This document shows, one piece after another, positions 1 to 9,248 of a stretch of DNA of 64,000 nt. Made by a program: the position numbers and the translations under genes. The notes beneath the pieces were generated by a model. That model did no database searches and was not told where the DNA came from. It saw only the letters and a program-made list of their open reading frames with translations. This DNA comes from Marispirochaeta sp. (lineage in GTDB: Bacteria > Spirochaetota > Spirochaetia > JC444 > Marispirochaetaceae): positions 1,184,001 through 1,248,000 of the forward strand of contig CAXXFF010000002.1 in the NCBI GenBank assembly GCA_963676835.2, given 5' to 3'. Each line of letters starts with the position of its first letter. The stretch's first letter is position 1.

Positions 1-6
1 ATAGAC

Positions 7-1131
7 GTGAGTAATTCAGCAGAGGTTATTGTACTCGGCGGCGGTGTAATCGGCTGCGCCATTGCATACAACCTGATTAAAAGAGGGGTTAAGCCCCTGG
101 TTATAGAGAAAGACGAGATTGGTACGGCAGCATCCAGCAGGAACGGAGGCGGTGTCCGCCAGTCTGCCCGGGACCCCCGGGAACTTCCCCTTGCCATGTA
201 TGCGGTTCAGAATATCTGGCCGGGACTTTCCGATGAGCTTGGCAGTGATGTTGAATACTGTCAGGGAGGAAACCTCCGTCTTGGAAAGACTGAAGCGCAT
301 GTGAAATTCCTTGAGAACATGGTGGAAACACAGACAAAAGAGGGACTCGAGCTTGAAATGCTGGATAATGACCAGGTTCGGGAGATTCTTCCCTACGCCT
401 CGGAGTCCATTATCGGCGCAAGCTGGTGTCCCACCGATGGTCACGGCAACCCCATGCTCACCACTCTGGCTTATTATAAAAAGGCTCTGGAGCTTGGTGC
501 GGAGTTTATTGTCGGGGAAACAGCCCTGGAAGTAACCATGAAGAAAGGCCGGGTAACCGGAGTCCGTACTGATCAGGATATCTATGAAGCCCCGGTTGTG
601 GTTAATGCCGCAGGAGTGGGTGCTAGGGACATAGCCCGCAGCGTGGGACTTGATATTCCCATGCAGCCCCGTCTTGTTGAATGTCTGGTAACCGACCAGC
701 AGCCCCATATCTTTGACCAGATGCTCGGGACCGCCGGAGCGGACTTTTACGGGCATCAGAGCAAGCATGGTTCCTTCGTCTTCGGCGGAATGACCGGCTG
801 GGAGCCCTATGAACTGAAAGACCTTAACAGTATCACCACCAGCAACACCGCCCCGTGCTGCTCCCGGGCGATTCTGGACTACTTTCCCTGGATGGAAAGA
901 TCCAATGTTGTACGGGCCTGGTCGGGTTTTCTGGCGGTGGTTGCAGATATGGTGCCGGTAATGGGCAAGGTTCCTGAAGTACCGGGATTTGTATTCGCCT
1001 CCTGTTTCTGCGGCCACGGCTACGGGATTTCCCCTGCAGTGGGCCAGCTGATAGCGGAGCTGATTGTGGACGATGAGCCGGAACTTCCTCTGGATGAGTT
1101 CCGCTTTGACCGGTTCCTGCCGAGAAACTGA
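7..1131 (+). CDS. FAD-dependent oxidoreductase, DAO/sarcosine oxidase beta family
   Basis: N-terminal GGGVIG dinucleotide-binding motif, ASSRNGG, C-terminal GHGYGISPAVG; GTG start at window edge. Confidence 0.9.
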   Translation: MSNSAEVIVLGGGVIGCAIAYNLIKRGVKPLVIEKDEIGTAASSRNGGGVRQSARDPRELPLAMYAVQNIWPGLSDELGSDVEYCQGGNLRLGKTEAHVKFLENMVETQTKEGLELEMLDNDQVREILPYASESIIGASWCPTDGHGNPMLTTLAYYKKALELGAEFIVGETALEVTMKKGRVTGVRTDQDIYEAPVVVNAAGVGARDIARSVGLDIPMQPRLVECLVTDQQPHIFDQMLGTAGADFYGHQSKHGSFVFGGMTGWEPYELKDLNSITTSNTAPCCSRAILDYFPWMERSNVVRAWSGFLAVVADMVPVMGKVPEVPGFVFASCFCGHGYGISPAVGQLIAELIVDDEPELPLDEFRFDRFLPRN

Positions 1132-1145
1132 TACACCGGATTCAT

Positions 1146-1172
1146 TTCCCCGGAAGGATTCCTTCCGGGGAA
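1146..1172 (+). terminator. Stem-loop between oxidoreductase and RidA genes
   Basis: Perfect 12-bp inverted repeat TTCCCCGGAAGG-att-CCTTCCGGGGAA; poor U-tract, so it may be a stability hairpin. Confidence 0.5.
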
Positions 1173-1202
1173 TTAATACTTTAAAGCGAATGGGAGAATT
1201 AA

Positions 1203-1604
1203 ATGGATTATAAGCGGGAAAATTTTTCATCAGGATCACCTCTGGAAGAGAAGCTCGGCTACAGCCGTGTGGTAAAAGCCGGACCTTTTATATTTGTGGG
1301 CGGAACAACTTCCGTTCAGGCCGACGGAACTGTTTACGGTGAAGGAAGCATGTACGAGCAGTGCAAGTTTATCTTCGAGAAGATGATCAAATGTCTTGAA
1401 GATGCCGGTGGAAAAAAGGAAGAGGTTGTTCGGGTAAAGATGTACCTTACCGATATGTCTCTGGCAAAGGAAGCGATTCAGGCTTACTCGGAATTCTTTA
1501 AAGAGATTAAGCCCCTGAATACTGCTGTAGGAATCGACACCCTGTTTCGTCCTGCCCAGCTTGCCGAGATTGAGATGGACGCCATTCAGGGCGCTGTCTG
1601 CTGA
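1203..1604 (+). CDS. RidA/YjgF/UK114 family protein
   Basis: GYSRVVKAG, GGTT, VVRVKMYLTD and EIEMDA motifs. Confidence 0.9.
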   Translation: MDYKRENFSSGSPLEEKLGYSRVVKAGPFIFVGGTTSVQADGTVYGEGSMYEQCKFIFEKMIKCLEDAGGKKEEVVRVKMYLTDMSLAKEAIQAYSEFFKEIKPLNTAVGIDTLFRPAQLAEIEMDAIQGAVC

Positions 1605-1650
1605 AAAATTATAATCCCTTAAGGGGTTGTGTTTAACGGGTAAAAGTTTT

Positions 1651-1682
1651 GGATACGGAACCTTGGTTCCGTATCCATTTTT
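1651..1682. terminator. Bidirectional intrinsic terminator
   Basis: GGATACGGAACC-tt-GGTTCCGTATCC between convergent genes, followed by a T run. Confidence 0.75.
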
Positions 1683-1685
1683 ATA

Positions 1686-2012
1686 TTAATCAGTAACTAC
1701 GTTATACTTTGTTACCTCTATGACTGCCATTCGCCCGGGTCCTGAAGTTGTCTCTGTAAGTATCCCGATAACCTCTATTATCCCTTTGCCTTGCTGTTTA
1801 CGTAACTCCGACGATAGCTCTCCCTGCAGTTTATAAACAGTACCGTTATTGAGAGTAAGAGCGGGAAAGGTAAATGGCTCTGATCCTTTAACACTGAGGG
1901 TGCCTGCAACTGTAATTACATCCCCCGCTGTTGGCTCCAGCTGTTCATGTTGTCCGAATGCAAAAAGCGAAACCGAGAAAAGGAGCAGGCTGAACTGTAA
2001 TAGACCCCGCAT
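1686..2012 (-). CDS. Small exported hypothetical protein (OB-fold-like beta-rich)
   Basis: Signal peptide; start overlaps the stop of the upstream peptidase gene. Confidence 0.7.
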   Translation of the reverse strand: MRGLLQFSLLLFSVSLFAFGQHEQLEPTAGDVITVAGTLSVKGSEPFTFPALTLNNGTVYKLQGELSSELRKQQGKGIIEVIGILTETTSGPGRMAVIEVTKYNVVTD

Positions 2013-3775
2013 TATTTAATAACCATCGTCATGCGTGTTCCTTGAGGAACGTTTACGTTCCATGAATAAGTACCGGTTGATGGTGCGGATCCTGCATAAC
2101 AGTAGATATTGGACTGGGCAAGAGAGTTGTAATATCCAACGTATCCGGAGTCATCGTAGAAATATGGTCCGTCATAGTTGTCACTGGAATAATGATAGTT
2201 ATTGAAATCGATGGAACCCAACTGGTAGGTAATGCTGTTCAAGGCGGATTCTTCCCAGCTTGACCCAATGTTGTAGTGAAGATCTGTTCCGCTTAAGGAG
2301 CTATCATCATCGGAAAGCACTACTGCTACTCCCCACTTTATCAGCAGACTTTCCATGGTTTCTGCTGGACTGCCTGTGTCGGTTATTGCAGAGAGCAATG
2401 CCTGTGAGTCTATACTGGAATTCTGTACCATTGACCGAAACAAATCCGCCCCGCCGAAATTCCTGGCAAGATAAGCTCCGAACGAGTATGCATGGGAATA
2501 GCTGATTAAATCATCAAGAAGCCCCCACTGAGTAAGGGATGCTTCGTTCCAGTAGTTATACAGCGGGAGCCGTCCTGATATGACGCCGGTAGTTCCACCA
2601 TCGGATGGATCATCATAGGCGATGCCCCTCGGGCCGTCAGCGCTTATTTTATTGGCTACAAAATCTTCGGTAACCAGGGAGCACATTTCATTTAGCCAGG
2701 TATCTGTAGGTTCGACATTATTAAGTTCCTGTTTCTGGTAGAAATGAATCATATGCTGGAATTCGTGGGCCAGGGTAGAGATACACTCCTGGGGCCAGTA
2801 GTCGGTAATCTCCCATGTGCTGTCGTCTTTTTCGGCTAATAAAGATGAATCCAGGCTGAAGCGGATACACTCGTCTGAATCTGCGTAGGTTTCGGCAGTG
2901 TAATTATGCAGAGCATAGAAATAGCCTACGATGCGGGATTCGTTTTGGCCGGGTACCCCGTCACCCTCAATGTCGTGGAGAAAAATAACGATGGTATCTG
3001 TTTCACCTATCATAACCGGATTTCCTGTGTTTCCCCACTCTTCTCCGTATATACCGGTTACCCAGTCATAGATATCGTTGTCTAAACCTGCTGTCAGGAA
3101 GGCATTGCAGAGGGCATCCACCATTTCCTGGGTAATGCCCGAGGAGCCCCATTCCTCGTCTTCAACCCACACCTCCAGGGTCTTTGCTCCGAATGTTGTA
3201 TCACTGCTGCCCAACTCTACAAGTCCCCTGAGGGTGGCGGGGACGGCAGTTTCTATCACATCGTCCTGAAGAGTATTTGTATCTCCAATTGCGCTTGCAG
3301 AGATAGTTACCGGATTGGTGTAGATGCTGCTGCTGAAGTTACTAACAGATTTTTTAACTGAGCTCATGAAATCTTTATACTTTTCATCCAGTTTGCTGGA
3401 TCCGCGGAGAGCAATAATTCCATCATTTTCAGTGCTCTTTTTATTCGAGGCAGAGTCTATACTCTGAATACTGCTGTTCAGTGGTGATCCTGAACTTTGA
3501 GATATATATGGCCGTGAACTCAGGTTGTAATCCGAGTAATTGGTAAAGATAAAGTAAATATCGTCTCCGGCTTGGATCGATGAGTTTGTATAGGTATAAG
3601 ATCCGGTATCAGTTAAAGTTTCTACTGTATAGTTGGTTCCAGCAGAAATTGATATGGATGAGTCTGGATCCGGAATATTCAGAGACTCTCCACCGCCTCC
3701 CCCACCGCTTGGACAAGCGCTCAGCAGCAGTAGTACAGTAATAACAGAGAAAAACTGTAAATAAATTTTTTTCAC
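2012..3775 (-). CDS. M30 (hyicolysin-like) zinc metallopeptidase lipoprotein
   Basis: Lipobox LLSAC, TLAHEFQHMIH zinc motif, WLNE third ligand, GYF motif. Confidence 0.85.
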   Translation of the reverse strand: MKKIYLQFFSVITVLLLLSACPSGGGGGGESLNIPDPDSSISISAGTNYTVETLTDTGSYTYTNSSIQAGDDIYFIFTNYSDYNLSSRPYISQSSGSPLNSSIQSIDSASNKKSTENDGIIALRGSSKLDEKYKDFMSSVKKSVSNFSSSIYTNPVTISASAIGDTNTLQDDVIETAVPATLRGLVELGSSDTTFGAKTLEVWVEDEEWGSSGITQEMVDALCNAFLTAGLDNDIYDWVTGIYGEEWGNTGNPVMIGETDTIVIFLHDIEGDGVPGQNESRIVGYFYALHNYTAETYADSDECIRFSLDSSLLAEKDDSTWEITDYWPQECISTLAHEFQHMIHFYQKQELNNVEPTDTWLNEMCSLVTEDFVANKISADGPRGIAYDDPSDGGTTGVISGRLPLYNYWNEASLTQWGLLDDLISYSHAYSFGAYLARNFGGADLFRSMVQNSSIDSQALLSAITDTGSPAETMESLLIKWGVAVVLSDDDSSLSGTDLHYNIGSSWEESALNSITYQLGSIDFNNYHYSSDNYDGPYFYDDSGYVGYYNSLAQSNIYCYAGSAPSTGTYSWNVNVPQGTRMTMVIK

Positions 3776-3911
3776 ATTTTAATCCTTATCAGTTGCTGAT
3801 AACAAATATACCACCCAAATCTCAACCCGTCACCCTCGACATAAACCGGTTCGCTTCTCCTGGAAAAATATGCTACCATACCAGAAACCCCTTCAAAAAA
3901 AAGGATTCACC

Positions 3912-4592
3912 ATGCTGCTTGGAACATTAACAAACGTTGCCGCTGTTGTCGCCGGAAGTCTTCTGGGGCTGCTTATTAACGCCCGCCTGCCGGAGCGTCT
4001 CAGCCGTATTGTCTTTCAGGCTATCGGACTGTTTACTCTTGTTCTGGGCTTCAGCATGGCGCTTAAATCGGACCGCTACCTTATTATTATTTTCAGCCTG
4101 GCTGCAGGGGCAATCAGCGGTGAACTGCTGGACATCGATGCCCGGCTTAACGACTTAAGTGAGCTTTTAAAAAGAAAGTTGAAGATTTCCCACGCTCGTT
4201 TCACCGAAGGGCTGATTACTTCATTTTTTCTCTTCTGCATGGGGTCCATGACCATTCTCGGTGCCTTTGAGGAGGGGCTTGGCGGGGAGCCGACCCTGCT
4301 TATGACCAAGTCTGTTCTCGACGGATTCGGCTCAATCGCTCTGGCGGCATCTCTGGGAATAGGGGTTCTCTTTTCGGTGGTGCCCCTGTTTCTCTTTCAG
4401 GGTGGGCTGACCCTCTTTGCCGCCTGGCTTCACGATTTCTTTACCCCGGAAATGATCAATGCAATGAGCGGTCTTGGAGGCATTCTGCTTGTGGGGCTCG
4501 GGCTCTCAATTCTGGATCTAAAAAAGATAAAGGTGGCCAACATGCTGCCGGCCCTGCTTTTTATTGTAATACTTGCTTATATCTTTCCCTGA
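3912..4592 (+). CDS. DUF554 family membrane protein
   Basis: GTLTNV, FCMGSMTILG, KSVLDG and ANMLPAL motifs; ATG at 3912 preferred. Confidence 0.9.
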   Translation: MLLGTLTNVAAVVAGSLLGLLINARLPERLSRIVFQAIGLFTLVLGFSMALKSDRYLIIIFSLAAGAISGELLDIDARLNDLSELLKRKLKISHARFTEGLITSFFLFCMGSMTILGAFEEGLGGEPTLLMTKSVLDGFGSIALAASLGIGVLFSVVPLFLFQGGLTLFAAWLHDFFTPEMINAMSGLGGILLVGLGLSILDLKKIKVANMLPALLFIVILAYIFP

Positions 4593-4960
4593 TTGACAAT
4601 CTCAATCATCAGGTAGTTTAGAAGATCCTCATCAAGATCCAGGGCGTACTCATTGGCAGTGTCCCGGATACTTTCCCAGGCTTTTTCCGGCAGCTCTCCC
4701 TCGGTGGCACCGTACTCCATATTGAAGAGCTCAATTACCTTGGTGAGCAGAATCACGGCTTCCTGAAAATCCTCACGGTTCTCCATATCAGTTAGATTGA
4801 AAATATCCGCAAGATCCCAGAAAAGATCCTCATCCATATTCTCCGGCAGAGCGGGGAGGGCGGCCAAGAAATCCTGAAAAATCTTCTCGTTTCGTGTTTC
4901 CGGATTTTTTTCATCCTTGAACAGTTTCAGCATGTGCCGGTAAAAACGGTCTGCTTCCAT
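4577..4960 (-). CDS. Acidic hypothetical protein
   Basis: GGAGG SD before ATG; helical acidic composition. Confidence 0.7.
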   Translation of the reverse strand: MEADRFYRHMLKLFKDEKNPETRNEKIFQDFLAALPALPENMDEDLFWDLADIFNLTDMENREDFQEAVILLTKVIELFNMEYGATEGELPEKAWESIRDTANEYALDLDEDLLNYLMIEIVNQGKI

Positions 4961-4984
4961 GGTATCCTCCGGGTATTAAAGGTA

Positions 4985-5956
4985 TCAGACAAAAAAAGGC
5001 ATCTGCCGCAGCAGAATAATCCATACAAACATGGTTCCCGCGCCGATTATATGAGTCAGGGCTACCGACTGGGCCATCAGCTCCGGTGCTGTGTTATAGC
5101 GGTTGGCAAGGCTCACGGAAAATACCCCGACGGGAACTATATTCACCAGCATAAATATGGTCAGAGTTTCAGGCTTGAAACGTCCTGTCTGCCAGAGCAG
5201 CAGGGACAATCCAAGAAGTACACCAGGGACAAGTATCAGCCTTATCAGTGCTATCAGCAGGTTCCATACATCCAGGCGGAGCGCCTTTATTCCTTCTCCT
5301 GCTATCCGGGAGCCGGCTACGATCATGGCTATTGCCACAGTCGATGAACCGGTAAGCTCAATCGAGTTCACAACAAAGCCGGGAAGCGACCTGTTCAGGC
5401 CGGTCAGGACCAGGAATATAGCAATAAGGGTAACGATGATAGTGGGATTTCCAGCGAGGGTTTTAAGGGACTGTCCCAATGACTGTTTATGGTCCCCCCT
5501 GAGTACGGGAACGCAAAAGGTCCAGAGCAGCAGGATTATCCCCAGGTTGTGAACGAACAGCAGCCCCGCTCCCCGTTTGGGCAGGAAAAGAAGGGCAAAG
5601 GGCAGTACCATGAAAACGAAGTTATTCATCATACTCTGAAAAAGAAAGCTTCGTCTCCGTGCGTCACGGTAGCCTGTTAGGCCTGCAGCGGCATAACCGA
5701 TTGCAGCGCCGGTCAGGATGGTGACCATCGCCAGGATCGGCAGCATGAGATTTTCCAGAATATCGGATCGGGTGAGGGTTCCGGTAATTGAAGTGAAAAT
5801 GAGGGCGGGCCAGAAGATATCCACCAGAAGGACACTGAGATATTTCTCTCCGTTATTGTCGATGATGCCCATTTTGCGCACGGCGCCGCCGAGGAACATA
5901 AGCAGAAATAGGGTAAGCAGTTTGTTGATGATAATTGGTGCTATTGAGCCGGTCAT
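4985..5956 (-). CDS. AEC (auxin efflux carrier) family transporter
   Basis: About 10 TM segments; PALIF, NNFVFMVLP and NPTII motifs. Confidence 0.85.
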   Translation of the reverse strand: MTGSIAPIIINKLLTLFLLMFLGGAVRKMGIIDNNGEKYLSVLLVDIFWPALIFTSITGTLTRSDILENLMLPILAMVTILTGAAIGYAAAGLTGYRDARRRSFLFQSMMNNFVFMVLPFALLFLPKRGAGLLFVHNLGIILLLWTFCVPVLRGDHKQSLGQSLKTLAGNPTIIVTLIAIFLVLTGLNRSLPGFVVNSIELTGSSTVAIAMIVAGSRIAGEGIKALRLDVWNLLIALIRLILVPGVLLGLSLLLWQTGRFKPETLTIFMLVNIVPVGVFSVSLANRYNTAPELMAQSVALTHIIGAGTMFVWIILLRQMPFFV

Positions 5957-6004
5957 AAGGGCACAATAGCAGAGCAGTCATTTGCTGGCAATATGACTGC
6001 TCTG

Positions 6005-8137
6005 CTATTTTTCCGGGAAACTGCGGGAAAGTTTCATCACCAGTCCGGGGTTATTTTTCAGGAAAAACCGAATATTCTCCTGCTTTATTCCGTAGAGTGA
6101 AACTTTCGCTCTGTTTACATAGCTGCATGCTTCCGGCTCCTCCCGATGGATAGCAGCCATATCGCCGATAAAGTCACCTTTTGTTAAGGTTCCCAGAACA
6201 GCTCCATCTTTCGTAACCTCAACTTCACCTTCGCGGATAATATAGTTGAAGGTTGCCTGTTCACCTTCCTTCAGAATAGTTCCTGGTTTATTGATCTCCC
6301 TTGGGATAAGAAATGATTCCAGCAGCGTCTTCTGACTGCTGGTGAGGACTCTGAAAAAAGCTGAACTTGAGAGGATATTCCAGGTTTCAGCATCCCTCAC
6401 CTTTGCCAGACGCTTCAGGGTTTTTTCCAGCTCCGTACCCTGAATAAAACTGAGAAAACGTTCGCCCTCTATGGTGTAGAGTTCCACATCGGTTTCAGCA
6501 AAGACATCTGCCGACCGGGGCTGCTTGTTCAGCAGGGCTACTTCGCCGAAATAATCGAAAGCACCGTATATCTTCCGCTGTTCAAGATTCTTGCCGGGGA
6601 CAGAAATGTTTCCTGACTTTATTATGTAGAAGGAGTCTCCCGGGGTTCCTTTCTCTATAATCCGGTCCCCTTTTGCATAGCTTGCTTCCTTGACCATGCT
6701 GATAAATTCCTGGGCTTTGCTTATAGGCATATTCTGGAAAAAATCGAGGTGATGAAGCAGTCCGAGAATGTGATAATACTTCTCCACCTCCGGAGCTTTT
6801 ACCTCCAGGGTCCGGGTATGCTCTATCCCGAATTGACAGAGAGTCAGCGGGGTTTTTTCCGGAAAGTCTTTGCCTGCAATGTGGTAGACCATGGTCCTTT
6901 TTCGCACATCATCCGGAAGAGAATCCAGAAAGCTGATGGGGGTGTGCAGGGGTGCTATTCCCGATTCATGATAAATTAAATCAGCCTCCCAGGGAAAGCT
7001 GGAGAACTCCTGAAACCTCTTTTTGCTTATTCTCTTTTCTGCGTACAGCTGTTTATGTATTTCCGGGTCGGCATTGTGATCGGAAGAGTAGACCAGGGAT
7101 TTTCCCATAAAATCAACTTTGAATCCAACTGTGGGGATGGAGTGCAGGGAGTAACGAAAGGTAAACCGTCCGCTGTGAATATATTCAGGCTCGTCGATAC
7201 GTATAGGCTGGAAATCAAAGAGCTGCCTCAGGAAATCGCCGGTAACCCCCGTAAGAGCGGAATACTTGCGCAGGAAACTCTGGATAATGGTTTCTGTTGT
7301 ATAGACAGTTATTTTTCCCTCTTCAAGAATTTTCTGCAGGGTCCCCGCATCGTGATCCGCATGACAGTGGGTAAGAATTATGCTGTCGATAAGTTTGGGG
7401 TGAACATTGGAATCGATAAGCCATTCGGTGGTGTTTACCGGCGGGTCTATCATAATTCCTTTTCGGTTGAGCCAGAGGATAAAACCGGAGGTGTTTTCCT
7501 TCGGATCAAATCCGTGGCTTGGTCCCAGGCAGGTCATGCCGAAAAGAGGCGGTTTATAGGGTTCCGGCAGTCTCGAGCCGATGTCGTAGGTTGGGTTGTA
7601 ATCTATACAGCAGGGAATTTCGCCGTATTCTGCAGTGCTATCATAAACCCGGAAGGTACTGTGGTCTGTTATCTCTATTTCAATTTCCCGCAGTTTCAGT
7701 CTTCCCTTTTCAAAGAAAATAAAACCCACCAGCTGTCCCAGCTGCATTTTCCCCCTGAAGAAATCCATCTCTTTTTTCAGTTGAAAGATCTCTTCTTCCG
7801 GAACCCAGGGGGCGAAGTCTGCGGAGATGTCCAGATTTTCCGGGCCGAATATTGCTTCTTTAAGGATTGTTGCGAAAGAACTCAGCTGTTCTCTCTGGCA
7901 GAGAATATATGTTTTACGTTTTTTAAGAAAAAAGTTGTAATAAATGGGAAACTCTACTTCAGCAACGCTGATTCCTTTTACCCAGTTGAAGAATTTATCG
8001 GGAAGGACAAAATACTGGGGAACTCCTTCCGGCAGGGACATGGTATCCTTGATGGTTTCCGGAGGAGATCCAAACTGGATATACCCGGCAGGAGTCTCAA
8101 CAACATACCCTCCTCTGGGTAATTCCAAAACACTCAT
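6005..8137 (-). CDS. MBL-fold hydrolase with two C-terminal cNMP-binding domains (putative cyclic-nucleotide-activated phosphodiesterase)
   Basis: THCHADHD (HxHxDH), HSIP, SSD, HE/LHT; cNMP cassette FGEVALLNKQPRSA plus a second degenerate cNMP domain. Confidence 0.85.
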   Translation of the reverse strand: MSVLELPRGGYVVETPAGYIQFGSPPETIKDTMSLPEGVPQYFVLPDKFFNWVKGISVAEVEFPIYYNFFLKKRKTYILCQREQLSSFATILKEAIFGPENLDISADFAPWVPEEEIFQLKKEMDFFRGKMQLGQLVGFIFFEKGRLKLREIEIEITDHSTFRVYDSTAEYGEIPCCIDYNPTYDIGSRLPEPYKPPLFGMTCLGPSHGFDPKENTSGFILWLNRKGIMIDPPVNTTEWLIDSNVHPKLIDSIILTHCHADHDAGTLQKILEEGKITVYTTETIIQSFLRKYSALTGVTGDFLRQLFDFQPIRIDEPEYIHSGRFTFRYSLHSIPTVGFKVDFMGKSLVYSSDHNADPEIHKQLYAEKRISKKRFQEFSSFPWEADLIYHESGIAPLHTPISFLDSLPDDVRKRTMVYHIAGKDFPEKTPLTLCQFGIEHTRTLEVKAPEVEKYYHILGLLHHLDFFQNMPISKAQEFISMVKEASYAKGDRIIEKGTPGDSFYIIKSGNISVPGKNLEQRKIYGAFDYFGEVALLNKQPRSADVFAETDVELYTIEGERFLSFIQGTELEKTLKRLAKVRDAETWNILSSSAFFRVLTSSQKTLLESFLIPREINKPGTILKEGEQATFNYIIREGEVEVTKDGAVLGTLTKGDFIGDMAAIHREEPEACSYVNRAKVSLYGIKQENIRFFLKNNPGLVMKLSRSFPEK

Positions 8138-8237
8138 GGCATCTCCTTTTCTCTTACAGGCAGTTCTAAAAACTTCTTTTTTCCCATATTTTCCCGGACT
8201 ATTGGAAAAATACCATGTTTTTAGAGGTGCTTTTATA

Positions 8238-9140
8238 CTATCGGCTATGCGGGCCGTTCAGATAAGCCGCCAGCAGTTCTGTTTCCGGGTCAAACAGATG
8301 CTGCAGGAAAAGCATCGCTGCACCTTCAGTCAGGTCAGGACTTCCTTCCTTAATTGATACAACTACTGTTTTCCCTTTTGTCCGGCGGCGTATTTCCTCC
8401 GCTGTGATTCTGGCGGTCTCTTCCGGCAGGCCGTAAAGCATAGCCTTATTAATGCTGCCTGCATCAAGTATAAACCCTGCGGCTGAATAAAACTCATTCA
8501 GGGAAACTTCAGGGAAGCTGCCTTCTTTTTCGCTGAGCTTCCAGGGACCATCGCCGTTTATGGAAAGGGATACCTCTATTCTGCCCGGGATGGGTTGTTT
8601 CAGATTAAAAAATGCCAGCCTTTCCTGTGGAGTTTCCTGTGGAGATAGTGCGAAAAGGCAGGCTTCTGGGCCTGCCTTTATGGTGGGAAATTTTTCAAGT
8701 TCTCCGGATTCATTGCTGCATATCCCGCAGCCCGCAAGCAGCTGCTCATTCTTCAGGGCCGAGAGCAGGAGTGCGCTGGTTTCCGGGGAACGGGAATCAG
8801 GGAAGGTTGAACCTTTGCCTTCAATGATGTTTCCTTTCAGACCGTAGAAGCGCAGGCAGGCTGTATTAGTTGTCAGGTCTATGCCTGCAACAGCTGTAAT
8901 CTCTCGATTCAAATAAAGAAAGATCTGTCTACGCCCGCCTCTACTGCTTATATCCCCTTCACCTTGTATTACTACGATCTCTTTTTCTATCAGGAGAGAG
9001 GTGATTTTAGATATAATGCTCTTGTCTAATCCGAGGGTGGTACATATTTGTGTCCGGCTGAGGGGGCCATGCCTGAGCAAAGCCTGCAATATGCGGGAGG
9101 TTGTATGCAGTGTGGCGCCGCTGAAGACATTATTATTCAT
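8238..9140 (-). CDS. ROK-family-like transcriptional regulator (wHTH plus degenerate ROK domain)
   Basis: GPLSRTQI..LGLDKSIISKI..SSRGGRR and AGIDL; C-terminal half shortened and divergent. Confidence 0.7.
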   Translation of the reverse strand: MNNNVFSGATLHTTSRILQALLRHGPLSRTQICTTLGLDKSIISKITSLLIEKEIVVIQGEGDISSRGGRRQIFLYLNREITAVAGIDLTTNTACLRFYGLKGNIIEGKGSTFPDSRSPETSALLLSALKNEQLLAGCGICSNESGELEKFPTIKAGPEACLFALSPQETPQERLAFFNLKQPIPGRIEVSLSINGDGPWKLSEKEGSFPEVSLNEFYSAAGFILDAGSINKAMLYGLPEETARITAEEIRRRTKGKTVVVSIKEGSPDLTEGAAMLFLQHLFDPETELLAAYLNGPHSR

Positions 9141-9248
9141 AGTCTGTTTATTTTATAACATATTTTTCTAATTATTAGCTTTTCACTTTCTTTTTGGTTT
9201 TCATCCTACTATCATAATGAAGGAACTGAAAGTTTCAGGAGTAAAAAT

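Noticed and set aside
16..1239. 407-aa - strand ORF, and similar ones at 7055-8122, 22214-23059, 32824-33813, 53749-54531
   Set aside because: All lie opposite well-supported genes; explained by codon bias
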